Origin: Phoronis australis
Lineage: Eukaryota; Animalia; Phoronida
DNA length: 64,000 nt
Assembly (NCBI GenBank): GCA_002633005.1
Contig: NMRA01000226.1
Location: 65,728-129,727, forward strand
Reading direction: 5' to 3'
Below are positions 36,121-50,400 of this stretch, one piece after another; positions within the stretch are counted from its first letter, which is position 1; each line of letters opens with the position of its first letter. Below the pieces are notes generated by a model. The model saw only the letters and a program-made list of their open reading frames with translations, ran no database searches and was not told the origin of the DNA. The position numbers and the translations under genes are program-made.

Positions 36121-39100
36121 TCCAGTCTAGCACAAAATGCATGTGCCTCCATGATAGTGCTACCATCCCTGTCCTGCAATGGCCTGTTGAAGTTAGATGT
36201 TCATCCTCCTCAGTGTATATTTATGTTATCTACTGGTCAGTGTCATGGGTCAGTCCAAACAAAGAGGTCTTTTCCAAAAGTCAAAGTTTGCTTGTGATAG
36301 CAGTGTCGAACGTAATTTTTGAATCTGAGCAAAGAACAGGGCAATTCCGTGAAAAGGTCCACCTCAAGACAAAAAATTAAAATTATGACTAAACTTACAT
36401 TTCTGGTCTCTAGTTTCAGGATCCATGTTTGACTATCCTCTGACTTTCAATCTTTTGCCTAAATGGCCCTATCTTTGAGGGTCATTTGACCCTAAAAATT
36501 AGCTCGATTTTCATGTGTGTTGTTAATTATTGCCATAAATAACACCATTATGTGTATTTCACTATATTATCAAATTTGTGCAATCACAAATAACATTTCA
36601 ACTTTGGCACATCATTGACCTCTTGGGATCGAAGGCCAACTCCTGGATATCATGGTGCCGTACGTCTGTCACATGAAAGTGTTAAAAAGTTTAGTTACAT
36701 TAAAACTTTAATTCAAAATTAAAATAATTTCAGATTCTCTTTTAACTTGTTACTCAATACTGTTGACCAAAATTTCAGATCACAGGGATTATTTGTTAAG
36801 TCAGAAATTGAGTGACAGACGTACGACACATTTGTACGTCCATCATGTACGTCCGTCACACCCATGAAATTACAATTTTTCAGCCAATAAAAATAACCTT
36901 TGGTCTTATTTTTACTTTCTAAACTTGCTGAAGATAAAATGAGAATCCTGAAACTATTCAATATCACAAAGAGAGCTTTAAACTTAAGTAATTAAAGTTG
37001 CTACAAATTTAAAATTGATGCATTGGTCTTTTGCAATCTCAAAAGTATTTGCAGAAAAGTTATAGTTCACAATGTCATCTAGTTATTCTTAGTAGAATTA
37101 AAATCAGATGCTTGGACCACGTTATAAAATGTAAATTAAACAAAATTTTAATTTAATGATCATACTGTTTTTCTGTTGCTGTCCCGTGTTTGTACATTAC
37201 GGCGTTCTCTCGTTCAGTGACTTTACCTGGCATAGAGGGTTCTGAGTGTGTGATAACATCGAGCTCCTTTGTTAACTGCCAAGCACAGTCTTTTGTCTGG
37301 TAGGGCAAGAGGCATGCCAATTATCTACCAGGCTTGTTACAGACCTCTTGTGAACACAGTCAAATGGTGAGCAAGTTGGTTCATTCGGAAAGAATATACT
37401 GTCGTAACTTTGGTTGTATTTTGGTGATTCAAAAACTTAACATGATGAGCATTTGACGAGGAATTCAGAATTGCTATTGGCTTATATGTTCAAATATGTA
37501 TGTAACTTAACTGTTATTGTTAACAGCACAGCCCAGTGGGGCTATGATCTTATTGGAGGTTAGAGCAATTATCAAACAAAAGAGAGCTGGCCCTCCAACC
37601 ATAAATGCTAGTATGAGGTTTATCAGTCACATATTAGATAATGTCTGCAGGTGTCATCTTCCCAACTTGTTGTTGGGCTATAGAATCCAACAACTTGGTG
37701 TCAATAGGAAAACGTTGTCATGAAAGAAATGCATAGCTTTTAGAAAATTCAAGAGGCAAAAATATACGTATGAAAGAATTCCTAAGGTGCCCTGGAATCA
37801 ACGAGTCATTTCTGCTCTGACCTGCTATGCTATGTTTTATGGTAAAAAAGCTAATACTGGACATTTTTAAGCTGTAGCAACCTGTCACCTACTTTATTGA
37901 GCATTTTTGTAACACCCTCATTGTGTTTTTCAGTGTCTTCGGTGGCGTGTATGAAATTATTTCATAACAAAAGATTACACCGTCTCATCTTACATATTTT
38001 TGATCTTTCAATCTTTAAAACTTTGACTAATTTTTTAGGCATAATATATTTGCAAAGTCACTTTCCATTAGGCAGAACTTCACGTGTACTGAAGTTTCGG
38101 TAAGTGAGAAAAGTTAACTTTGGTAGTAATAATCTGCCAGCGAAGCTACGCTGAAAATAGTAGGATTTGAAATTTCGCTACTCAACAAAGCGGTGTAGTG
38201 GGAAAGGGCAGAGCGAAACTTTGCCGAAGTTATCAGTAGAGGTCGTGGCAACGATATACGATGATGCGAGACTTGGAAAACTTGTTCTTTGTTATTGTAG
38301 CGTAGCTGAAGTGCTCTCAATAGACGCACGTGAATAAGTAAAAAAGCATATCTGAAGAAGAATGACACTGATCATTATCATAAAACTCGTAAATGGCTGG
38401 AGAACAATTCTCAGTCAGCCTCGAACCCACTACTGAATACTCGCTTGAGAACTGGGTCGTCTGGCATCTTAGTGATAACCTCGATATGCCCAGTTTAGTG
38501 AGAAAGGTAAGCGTTTTGGTGAACCTTCGGTATTTTTGAAGTTTCTCGAATTTGAAAGCAACATTAGTTTCATGCCTTGCATGTTGCATTCTTAAGTCAA
38601 TACGCCCCCAATGTCTGTCTAAACAAGGATTCTATTATTCACAAGTAATTGATTTGTGTCATTTTATTTCATCTAATGCCTGAGCATTCCTTTCCCCAAC
38701 CACAGACTGTCCCCCTCCCCAATATAACCCTGTTTCAAGGTGAATATTGATTATCTCAATGGTGTGTTTTGCAGGGCAGCTGCTGGCTGTTCACTGTGTT
38801 TTTTTTGTTTGATCAATTTCCTCCTTTGACCAATTGATCCTGTGAGTCAGCTTCTCAGTCACATTAGAACTGTGTTCCCATTGATAAGGCAGGTCAAGTT
38901 GATTCTGAAATGAGGTGTTAAATATTCCTATCCAATCAATAGAGTGTAGGGGGAGCATTGTGGTTAAGCCATGACTGTTGTAAACTACAGTCTGAACAAA
39001 ATGTTAATACAGGGAATTAGGTTTTTAGCTAAATTGCATATTGTATTTCATATATTCACTTTCGGAGATCTGATTAAAAGCCGGAAAAGACCTGCAACCC

Positions 39101-39585
39101 ACGTGTTTTCTGTTGAATACTTGTCAAATGGCGAAAATGCTCCTAAGTTTTACCGGCTATAATATTTGAGCCAGAAAGTCGAGCTGTCCACGAAGGACTG
39201 ATTACAACCTGTTCTCTCTCTGCTGTTAATTGATGGACCTCTTTGCCATACACTTCTCTGAATCATAATTTATCGGTTACTTTGGTTGGATGCAAGGTTT
39301 TTGAAAATGGTCTTGAAACTGATACTGTCACGAATAGATACTGATTCACTTGATTTATGATACCAGTTTGATACTTGATATTCTCTCAGTATCATACCAA
39401 GTGTACTCTTTCAATAGATGTTTGCTAGTTCCTGGAACACTCAAAATGTACGACTCTTGATCAGGGGTCACCATGACATATAACCGTCTGTGTGTATAAT
39501 AATAGCATAGTGTTGTTGCATAAACTTTGATGTGTTATGCTTCAATGCTGATTACTTAAGACAACATCCCTCTTACATGACTGGT

Positions 39586-39670
39586 GGCCCCGATGGCTCA
39601 GTGGCTAGAGGGCCTGCACGGTTACCAAAAGGTGCTGGGTTCGAGACTTCGAGTTCCGGTCGGGGGCAGA
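39586..39670 (+). mobile_element. tRNA-derived SINE head or tRNA pseudogene
   Basis: A box TGGCTCAGTGG, B box GGTTCGAGAC; an insertion after the B box and poor anticodon arm argue against a functional tRNA. Confidence 0.6.
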
Positions 39671-41383
39671 AATCTGCCTGCACTAAAAACATACGGTTTG
39701 TTAAAATTACTCTAATTTGCGGTCAAATACCATTATTCCATTCTATGTGCTTATTAAATTTTCCTCGCTTTTCTGGTCTTCTGTTATTCCTTTTTGCCAG
39801 ATGCAAAAATATGGAGTTTATACTATTATTTCTGTGTACTATTATTAGAAATCATGAACATTTCTAATCTATTCCATTATTGGTTTCTATTCATCAACTA
39901 ATGCGTGATAGTAGATGGAACAGGAAGTTAAGTGCCATATTTTCTGTTATAAAAGGAATTGTAGTCATTTACAGGCTACAGTGATGCCAGGTCCCTTAGT
40001 CAGTCATTCATGAAGTTCTCGAGGTAAATTGTTCAATACTTGATTTAGAGTTGTGGTTTGTTCAGTTTGGGACACTGAAACTTGACTGAAAATTTTCAAT
40101 AGTAGTATTCAGCAGAGTCAACTGGAGACAACTGAGAGGGAAACTTAGTTTGGCTTATGTTTTAGGTTGTCTTTTTTACCACAATACTTTCATAAATCTG
40201 GATTTGGCTAGTGTTTTCTCATGTAGCAATACAATAGTTGCTTTCTACATGAAGCAGAAAAACCCAACATGTGGCGATACACTTTCATGGCTCAGTTTCT
40301 TTGCTGCAACTCAAAAAATAAGCCATGGGTTTTTCCATCAATAGCTGACAGGGTTGGTGATTTTCGCGTGTGACTTCTGTAGCGAGATGAGAAAATGCCT
40401 CATTATCCATTTTGGTGAGGTGCTTTCCTCACTGATTTTACCACCCCAATTTTTCAACAGCTTTTCTTGTCTCGCCAGTGATTCATCTTGCTGGACAAAT
40501 ATTTTTTACTTCACTTTTATCGTTACGACTATAAAGTTGTGGCTAGAAATGGTTGTGAAATCCAAGCTTAATTGTCATTTGTAAGCTACTGCGCAAAAAA
40601 ATATCTTTACAGCTCTATCTTGTTGAATCAATTTCATCATAGGATGTATCTCAGCTGAGGAGTAATTTTGGGGTTGGGAAGAACCTAGTACTGATTATTA
40701 GTGCCCGGAGCCTTGCTCAAAATCATGGCTTGCCCCAACAGATCATGTTAGACACATTGCTTGGCCTCAAAGATAAAAGTTACAAACTGGTAGTTCTTCT
40801 CGTAACCAAAAATTATAGTCTTTAGTAAAAAAAACAAATCGAAACATGTTTTGCAAGGGCAGGACAAAAGTTGTGTAACCTACTCAAGACGTTTTGATTT
40901 TGACTTTGACCACACGGAAAGCATTTAAAATGACACCCCCCCAACCCTGCCTGCCTTGTGTCAGACAGATGTGACTTATACTGCGCCCTCTGCTGGCTTT
41001 TTGATTTTTCATCTGCCTCCCAGTCTGCCAACCTTAAGAAATATCATGAGATGTTGTTGGTATGTTTCTAATTGAAGCGAGCATGGTTGATATTGCTCCC
41101 TTTTGGGGGAATGTTTATATATAATTTCATGGCTTGTAAAATGTGCTGTATGCATGCACATGACTTACTTTGTGGTTGAAGGCAGCTTAAAAATGCAACA
41201 ATTCATTCTCAATATTGATGCTCTACATTGTGTTGGAAATACGGGTCTAAATACTAGATGGTTTGTTTGACTGGAATGGGGGAACTTAATAACAGTTACT
41301 GTTAATGTGGCACTTATAAGGTTTAGCTACCCTATTTGTTTTGTTTTCAGATTCATGCCAGCTCTGTATTCACACCACTAGAG

Positions 41384-41486
41384 ATGTTCAGGTTGCTGCT
41401 GTGTTGTCTTGCCTCTATTCTGTCTGCGGTGGACTGTAGCTCTGTGTGTCCTATCCAGATCCCTGGCTTACCGGTATTGCCGGGAA
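41384..41486 (+). CDS. Gene 2 first coding exon: signal peptide
   Basis: Acceptor ends at 41350, ATG at 41384; MFRLLLCCLASILSAVDCSSVCPIQIPGLPVLPG; gtaagt donor in phase 1. Confidence 0.8.
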
Positions 41487-44400
41487 GTAAGTAACTGTTT
41501 GACCTTATGCGAACGTTCGGAAAGTGGTGCAATGTGTTCAGATTTGATTGATCCTTGGCAGTGATTTATGGTGCGTTAGTCAATGAATTCACTTTTCCCA
41601 GGGTTACAACTTACTTAAGATTTAATTACACAGCCAAATTCTAAAACTTGAAGCAAAACCAGAAAATTTTCATGGGCTAGAAAAGGTTAGAAAAGAACTA
41701 CAACAGATACAAGCAAAATTTTAAAATTTAGGGCAGTTTGCCCCTTTAGCCTGTGCTAATTTCAAACTTTAGAATTTGGCTGCAAAAATTGCTGGCTTGA
41801 TTTGCATTCATAGCTTCGTTCTAGAAGCCAAACCTGCACCTACGTAAAAGAAAAATACCTGATGTACTTTGCTACAAAGATCTGTTGCACTGCAGAGTTG
41901 TTCTTAATTGACAGTTCGTATATTATAATTACATGTAGAGTTATCATGATGAAGAAGTAATTAGGGACATCAGAAAACCAGGTAGACTGACAAATGGTTG
42001 ACGACTGATGCAAATCATATCTTCAGGAATTGTGAGCTGAGCCTTGAAGTCAGTGGCAAGACACAGGTCCTCAGCAATAACAAGTGGGATCACCGTATTT
42101 GCTCAAATAAGCGCCCAGGGTGCTTAGAAAATTTCGCTTCAGGGGTGGGGCGCTTATAATAGCGTAAAGCGGTTGAAACCTGGTCTCCAAAACGGGTGAA
42201 ACCGTAAGCTAGGATTCATCAAATTTACACTCTGTGACATATCTTTCATCTATGACAGAATGTTTACAAAATTGTAGGGCATAGCTATCAAACTTCGTTG
42301 TTAAATTACGATCGTTTTTTCAGACAATTGTGCTGAAATCCCGGGGCAAAAACTCGCCAACTGATGCGCAGCTGCCTCTCGATTGCTGATAGGGCAACTT
42401 GAATTCTTGAATAAAAATAAAGTTTCGACTCAACAAATTACCTGAAGTCCTTAAGTTTTCAAAATACTCTCCCTAAGATTTTTAAGTTCTTGTGCAGTCT
42501 GGATTAACTGCATAATAAGTCTAAAAATCTATGGACGAACAGACATGTTGTCACGTGATGTTTGTGTGCATTGTAACTAAGGAAATAAACACAAGCAGTA
42601 AAGCAGAACGTGTTTTATTTAGCAATTGTTTATCTCATCTGGTAAAAAATGTTCGAGAATTGTCTTGGTAAGGCCGATATCAAATATAGTCCCGCTGGGT
42701 GACTGGATGCGTGGCGGTCTAACAGTTATCTTCCGGGAGATTCGGGGGGGGGGCGGTGTACGGGTGCGGAAGTGTTCACTATCAGTGGGTCATTTTAACT
42801 TTAAAAACACCAATTTACGATTAATTAAGTAATTCCTCTTAAAGATAACGCAAAAAATTTTTGCGGCGGAAGTTTGAAGTGTATAGTCACAACTAAATAC
42901 CGATATAGCGGCGAGGCTTGTGGTCTACAAATTCCGCATGATTTTTTTTTAGGACTGTCGGATCTTATTGATAAATTGAAGGCGTTACTGTAGAATTTTA
43001 GAACTGCATTTTTCGCATGTACACCTTCATGGGCTGGGCGCTTATTTTAGCAAAGTCTGAAAAGGCATTGGGGGCGCTTATAGGGGCATGTCGCTTATTA
43101 GGGCGAATATGGTAGATGGCATAGGGTCGGGTACCATAATCTGGAAATAATGCGACATCCCTATCGATACTGCCAATTCAATGCCAATCCTTCGATACTG
43201 ATACCAAATACTGAAGTTTAATTCCTACATTTTTGATACCGAAATGTATCAGAAATTGGAATCGTTTTCCCGTTTACTATTTGATCTCACCAAGGCCCCA
43301 CCTATTAGGAAGGAAATAATTATCAGGAGACTGTTTGGCTCAGTGGTTTGAGCTCTCGACTTCTGTTTGGGAGACCCGGGCTATAATCCTTGCCTTACTG
43401 ACAGACAATCGAATATAGCACAAAAGTGCCTCCTACTCCTCTGAGTTCAGTCTTACTAGAGAATGTAAGCAAGAGAATGAATGAGAACCTGGATATAATG
43501 CGAAAGCGATTTCTACGGCTGTACTCATCTGATGTTACTAATTGCCTTAATGAGCACATCTCTAAACATCAGCATAAAGAGCGGGATCACTTGCATGCAG
43601 TGTTCGGCATCAACTCCTCTATTCCCCAAACCCGGGATCATCAAGAAAATTAACAGATGTGTTTCTGTTAACAACCACAGCACAACTGACAGGTTCAGTT
43701 ACTGTGGCGTCTTCTAGTGGTATTTTTTGCATCCACAGGTCTATCTTTTAAACCCCTTGCAGGATCTTTGTGAAATATGGCAGATGGATTTTTATGAACG
43801 TGACAACAGATTACAACATTTACTTCCTTCTGGCAGGTTCAGCTGTGGTGCAGTCGTGGACGCATTTCAATACTTTTCGTTGCTTTTGCTACAATTTTTG
43901 TAACAATGGCTTTGAAAATGTCTCACTTGTAGCTGTATCTTAGTACTGCTATCTCTTCACTCAGTTTCAGTGCACGTCAGAAATTTTAAGATGAATAGGT
44001 TTCCCGGTGATGTTTGGTAATGACGAGACCCTGAAGGTGGATTTAACATGTAACCAACCGTCAGTAGTCGTGTGCAATTTCCCAGTCATTCTGTCAGATT
44101 GTTTTTGATCTGATAATGACATGCTATCAAGCCCACACAGTAGCACTCTGCAGTGGAATAGATGATGGGACCTAACAGTATTTTCATTTCAATATGAAAA
44201 TTGTGAGAGTCCGTGCAGGGCTCGATTTGGTGATCTGCAAGGCACCAGATGGCTTTGTGGTGACCAGGTAAAAATCCCATGTTGCCATGAAGCCGTCTTG
44301 CCAAATTTGATCAAACTCTCAAATGCTATAGGAAGTTAAGAGACGGACGTTGTACCTGTTCAGCAGAAGTCGGAAGGGCTCAAATGCATTTTGTGTGCCT

Positions 44401-47400
44401 CAGGAGGTGAGCGCAGGATATTAATGATTAGCCCTGAAAGGGTGATACAGTGGGAAGTTGGTCACCATCGTGCACACAAGACACCCACAATTTTGCACTA
44501 GAGCAAAAAACCTCCCCGAGCCATCTCGTGCAGACATTTCCCCGAGTTTGCCGGCTTTTCACTTGAGGTGTTTCATTTTCTGCTCTTGTCAATCAAGGTT
44601 ATGTGACCTCAGTTCCGGTTTGGCGATCTGAGAATTTTGCCAGGTATAATTTGGCGAGTTCGCATTATGGTTTTGTCGAGCACTGCTAGGTGTACTTTGT
44701 ACTTCTTACATACTTAGATTAAAATCTTTCTGGTATGCGGGGTCATGTCGCTGGATTTTTTCTTTATTTTACCATTCATATCATTTGTGTTATGCATTCC
44801 AGGAATCGATCCAACAAATGCGTATTTGGTCTACGGATCTAATGTCAACTTGACGTGTGACAAACATTGCTACACTGGTGCTGGCAACTCTAGCTTGATG
44901 GGGTTCAAGTTTTTGTCTCACGGTGTGTTAAAACGTGTCTACTATCCGGGTGACCCTCAACTTACTATAGTGAATGAGACAGCCATCGCACTGGAGCTCA
45001 CCAATGTCACCTTGGCCTCCAAGGGCGCCTATTCCTGCATCATGCTATCTTCAGTAACTAACGACACCACGTATGTGCAGACTGTAGTTGTCAACAATAT
45101 TGGATGTAGGTATCTTGCTAGAATCTGCGTTATTTTATGTTTTTTACATGTTCATTAAAAGTCTCACTCTGCATGCATGAGGTCTAAACAAAAATAAACA
45201 AGATTCAAATTTAGAATGAATCAAAATTAGAATATATCAACTCAATGGCAGTGAATCTCCCTGTTGAGCCAATCAGTGAATTCCTTTTGATCTGTGATTC
45301 TATCATGTAATTAGGACCAATATTTAACTCATTGTATTAAGGAATAAATTGAAATCAAATAGTTCTACCCCAGAATACGAACCAAAACGATGGTTTTGTA
45401 GATGGCTTTACTTGTGGCTTTAAGAATACTTTGTCGTAGTTGCTGACAGTTTTGTCTGACGGCTGTCTTTGTGCTATTCCTGGGATGTTTGAAGTGTGCC
45501 CTGTAATCCCTCGCCTATTTGCACATTCTGTGTTGGACAAGTGGACATTACATTTGGTTTCTCGAAATATTTGAATTAGAAATCTCAGTCATTACCTTGT
45601 TTTGTATTGTGGAGATGTCATAAAACCACGATTATGTAGTTATAAGTGTAGTGTTCGCTGCAACGTAATCGGCCTTAGACGTTGAAAAATGAAAATTTCG
45701 GTAATTATTTTTGTGCTAAGTTAATGACATATCTGTAGTGTGTTTTGATTAAACACATGTTTTAAATAAAATTTGGCTTTGAATGATGCTTGTGTTATGA
45801 AGAAATGTTTCTTGCTATCGGTCTGGGTAAACCATTTTAATGTTGTGTAATATTAGTGAGTGCTGGCCTGCAGAACTGTTGCCCCGTTTATTTTCTCGCT
45901 ATTGATGTATCGTTATCTGCTTAAATCGCTTCATATCTTGTCTGCACTATCAATACCGAATAAGTTTAGACACCATGCCATCTGGTGGAAGAATACCTAG
46001 CATGCACACTTCTTTCCTTGTCAAGAAGTTCCTTATATTTCTTTACAAACACTGATATTATGGCAAGTAAATGGATATTTTTGGCAGCGTTTACTTGAAA
46101 GTTTTGCAATGATAGCATATTAAGGTATGTGATCAATTCCATTGTCTTTAAAAGCTCTCCGTCTGATCTCTAAAAGCACTAACTGAACACTTTTAAGTGC
46201 CCCTTGTTAAAATTTGTCAATTACTTTATTTCTGCATAATTACTATAAGCGTTACCATGGGGATGTATTCGCCATTTTCAGTTCTGTTTGTAGCTTGTCC
46301 CAGTAAGGGCATGTGGCCTACTTTTTGTTTTAAAAAAAGATGTCAAGATCGATTATTGCAAGAGTGGGGTTCCCGTATTTGAAAATCGGAGTGTTATCGG
46401 CAATGATTTGGTATTCGCTACCAATTATTATATTGTTTCGATTCTGATACTAAACTCTGCGTCAGTTTAATGTTGATAAGTTGTGATTGTTGTTGTGGCA
46501 ACAAATAACTGATCGGCTAGTCAGAATATTTGTGACTTGAATAATCTGTTTTTCCCTCTCTAGGGTAGTTGAGATGACTCAAATTTGGAAAAAGCCCTCC
46601 CAAACTCCTTATCTGAATACTTGCTTTGGAAGCGTAAAAGGAGATTGTTATTTTTGCATGGTCTGTCCTTTTCCACTCGGTGATCAGTTTTCCTCTGTGC
46701 TATGTTGCGATACTCTTAATCATTACAGTACCCCCTGGGAAGGCTGAACTAAGCTGCGTGGTTATGAACTACTTGGACATGGAGTGCACTGCAGAGATGA
46801 CCGACACGCTCAATACTGTTGTCACTATGGAGTACAAAGTCATTGCAAGGTAATGTTCTGATTCATCATCTTTACACATACACTGGTTGTTCATTTCCTT
46901 TACACCAACCCAATATGGCAATGTGCCGTGTTGCAGCAACAGTTACATATTCTGTAACAAATAACAAATCTTACAAATGAATTGATATCCGATTTATTTC
47001 TGCTATACTTGAGTTTAACTTTGTCTGTGTGGTGGGCTATTTTCCTTAATTGTGTTGCCATGGTGATGCTTTCTTCGTCATTTTCAGTTTTAGTTGGAGC
47101 TTGCCGTCACGGTAAGAGCCTCTCGCCTGCTTCCTCCAGCGCCCTGTCTGTTCTTAGCCTTTGCGTTATCTATGATTTATAATTTTTTACGACGTTAACA
47201 GTTAAATTCTTAGCTAAGTCTACTATGTCCTGTCAGACCCTCTGCCTTGCATTTAATCAGTGCGTTAAAATCTCACTAATTTCGGAAAAAGTATGGCTGA
47301 CAAGTGAACTTTTTTCACGAGAAGTGTAGCACATTCAGGGTGTGCACCATAGCTGCCACCAGACAATAGTCTGAAAAATTGTTGCCCTTGAAACATGAAA

Positions 47401-50400
47401 TTCGTGAGATGTTACTGTATCCTGTACCAGGCTTAGCAACTGGTGATTCGAGTTGCTAGTCCAACAATTGATCGTTATTCTTTCTTTGTTGTTCACTGCG
47501 CAACTATATGCCGTTGGTTGTTAACCTTTGCTTGCATGATTGATGATCTTATCTGCCAAATTCTAATTCACTGTCAGACAGTCCGGGTTTGACGCATCCC
47601 TTGCAGGGACTCATCTAGCAGCCGTCCTTGGGACGGCCTTTTAAAAAAATGACGGCTTTGGACGGCACGGCCAAGACGGAAAAAAGACGGCCTGTTCCAA
47701 AACAACCTCGGCGAAAATGAAGGCTAAACGAAGAATTTTAACATTTATTATCAATAAATTTCATTGAAACCTACAATTCATTGATTAAGTTCGCTAAATA
47801 TTAAGAAATAACTCAACATTAGAAACTTTTGCCGTCTATTTTTACTATAAATGTCACAATGACGATCGGCAAATACTGGCAGCCATCTTTGGAGAATACC
47901 TTCCTATTCTGTGACATCAAGGTGACTTCATACGGAATCCCCCGCACGACTAGTGTCGAGAAATATTGCATCCAGCGCTAACTACCCATACATGGACACT
48001 TAATCTTTGAAATTGAAGAACCCACACACCCGAAGTTCAAAGGATTTGCCGTACCCCTAATGCTAGTTGCCGACGCGGAAGTTGAAGCGGCACTCGATAT
48101 ATTCGACGGAGCAGCCAATTTGAAATAGCCGACGGAGAACGTACACTTCGAAAAAAATAATACCCGACAAAATTCTAGCACTGACCTGCCGTACAATTGC
48201 CATCAATGTCGTTGAACATGCAAACCAGATAAAACTTAGCGCAAACTTCCTTAATTTGTTCGCATAGCTCCGTAGCAACTCGAACGAATGAATGAAAAAA
48301 TATCAAAAAAATCCGCACGGCACAACAACTTATATTGATGCACGAGAATGCAGTGCAAACTTTATGAGAAAAAAATGTGGTGTGTAATGTTGGTTACGTA
48401 TTCAATGAATAACTTAGCATGAAAATAAATGCCTCGAAATACTTCAACTTATTGTGGAATTCCATGATTATTGGGCGATTCGAGTTTATCCTCTGTGTGT
48501 GGCACTGCGTGCCGTATATGGAAAAAAAGTAGGTCAGCCAATCACGTGCACAGCACCTGTTACTTCGGCTGTGAACCAGGCCGGGGATTTGACTCTTAAA
48601 CTGCAAGAAAAGAATGGTTCTTTTTAAGATTAAATTTCTTTTAGGGTACTATGAAAGACAGTGATTGACTTTCAACCGTGTAAGTTTCAATTCAGCAAAG
48701 TGTCCACTTAAAATGCACTGCAGAAGACGTAACAACTACGATGTCCCCGGCGACCACTGGCTACGCTCGTAGCCAAATGACGTGAAATTTACGAGTAAAG
48801 CGCTCGTAGAAATGTTTAAGAAACGTAAAAATACGAATGCCAAATTCAAACACGGAGTTTCGACGTTTTATTTTTTTGGTCACGGTCCTTTACGAAGCCA
48901 AGTCCGGGTATACACGCGCAAGTGCACATACGCCGTCACTCCTATTTTCCAGCGGAGATTTTTGACCGTGTTGAGCACTGGTGATACTGATTTGTGAATT
49001 TGTTGAGGATATGGTCTTGTTTTTGTAGATTCGTGAATTGCATTACTGTGCAATGTAACGACACGTACACATGTACTCTAGAATTTATTTCTTCATGTCC
49101 TTTCGAATGCAACTTCATTGTCTTCTCACAATTTTAAGTGGTTTCTCAACTGCATTAATTTTACTCTTCTCTTTTGAGAGCTTCAAGATACATTGAGTCC
49201 TGTACTCATGCTGTCTATCATGCAACTCAACATAGATTATCTTACTAAAAAGGTTTACATATCTTGATTTTTGCAGCCTAGTGACAATACACACACATCC
49301 TGAATGGAACAAACCTCCTAATTTTTGTTTACTTTCCCTATGTGCCGTCCTTTGAACAAGAAAAAGACATCCAAACAGTGTGCTAAATTAAATGCAAGGA
49401 AATGACCTTTTTTATGTAACAATTTTTTCCTCACTGGGTTGGGGAATTCCCCCATCTCCCCCCCCCCCAAACTTCCAACCCCCACCTCCCCCAACTTCCC
49501 ACCCACCCCCTATCAGCGCTGCGCGCGTCAGATTTGCGCTTTGCACGACTCGTCAGTCTCACGAATTTAGACCCCCAATTTTTAAATCCTAGATGAGTCC
49601 CTGATCCCTTGATTGTATGGTTTCTTCAGTTGAGTACCCTGAACGTTAACACGGTTACAGTTGTGGATCACGTATCTGTCTACTTTTACCTATTGAAGAC
49701 ATAATTATCAACCTGACAACTTTCAGGCTGCATCCACATAATGTGTTAGGCTTGTATGGGATATTTATCATATCCCCAGTTATGTGAATTACTCCCCTTT
49801 GCCCCTGTTAAAGTCCTAGAAGCACAGTTTTAACCCTTATTAAATGGTTAGAAAACATAAGGAAGCATGTAGTGCTTATCCCATAACCAATACACAATCA
49901 GTAGTAGAAAGTTTAAATAAACGCGTCACTCACGATTCTGACCCCGGCCTTTATCCAGGATTTCGAACATAGGGTGTCCGAAGTGGGTTTCCCAATATTC
50001 TAGGGTGTCCATGATTCCGACGCATGACCCCCCCACCACCAGCAATCCCCCAGACACACACATTTTTTTATAAAAAAATGCATAGACCAAGGTTTTTACA
50101 TTTAAGTTTACGAAACAGCCTTCTGTAGTGAGCATTTTTACTAAAAAAATAGACCAAGACTTTTACAATGCCATCAACCAAGGGTGAGCATAGCAACATT
50201 GTATATACTTTGTATATACATTGTACATTTCTTCCTGCTTTGAAAAAACAGCCCCACTGTGAGCCTTCAGAGGCTTCTTAGTATTCATTACAATGTGTGA
50301 GTCCAAACTTGAAAGGTTCCAATTGACAGTGGGCATCCATTGGGCGTCCTTGCCAGGGCGGCCAAACTAGTGCCAGGGCATATGCTGCATAAAGGCCTGT

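Noticed and set aside
29102-39437. Isolated GAS sites TTCCAGGAA (29102) and TTCCTGGAA (39429)
   Set aside because: TTCN3GAA is expected many times by chance in 64 kb of AT-rich DNA; no clustering
39586-39670. Functional tRNA gene
   Set aside because: A and B boxes are present but the cloverleaf is disrupted; better explained as a SINE head
44745-44802. Apparent signal peptide MSLDFFFILPFISFVLC
   Set aside because: It is the translated polypyrimidine tract before the acceptor at 44802; a better signal exon lies at 41384
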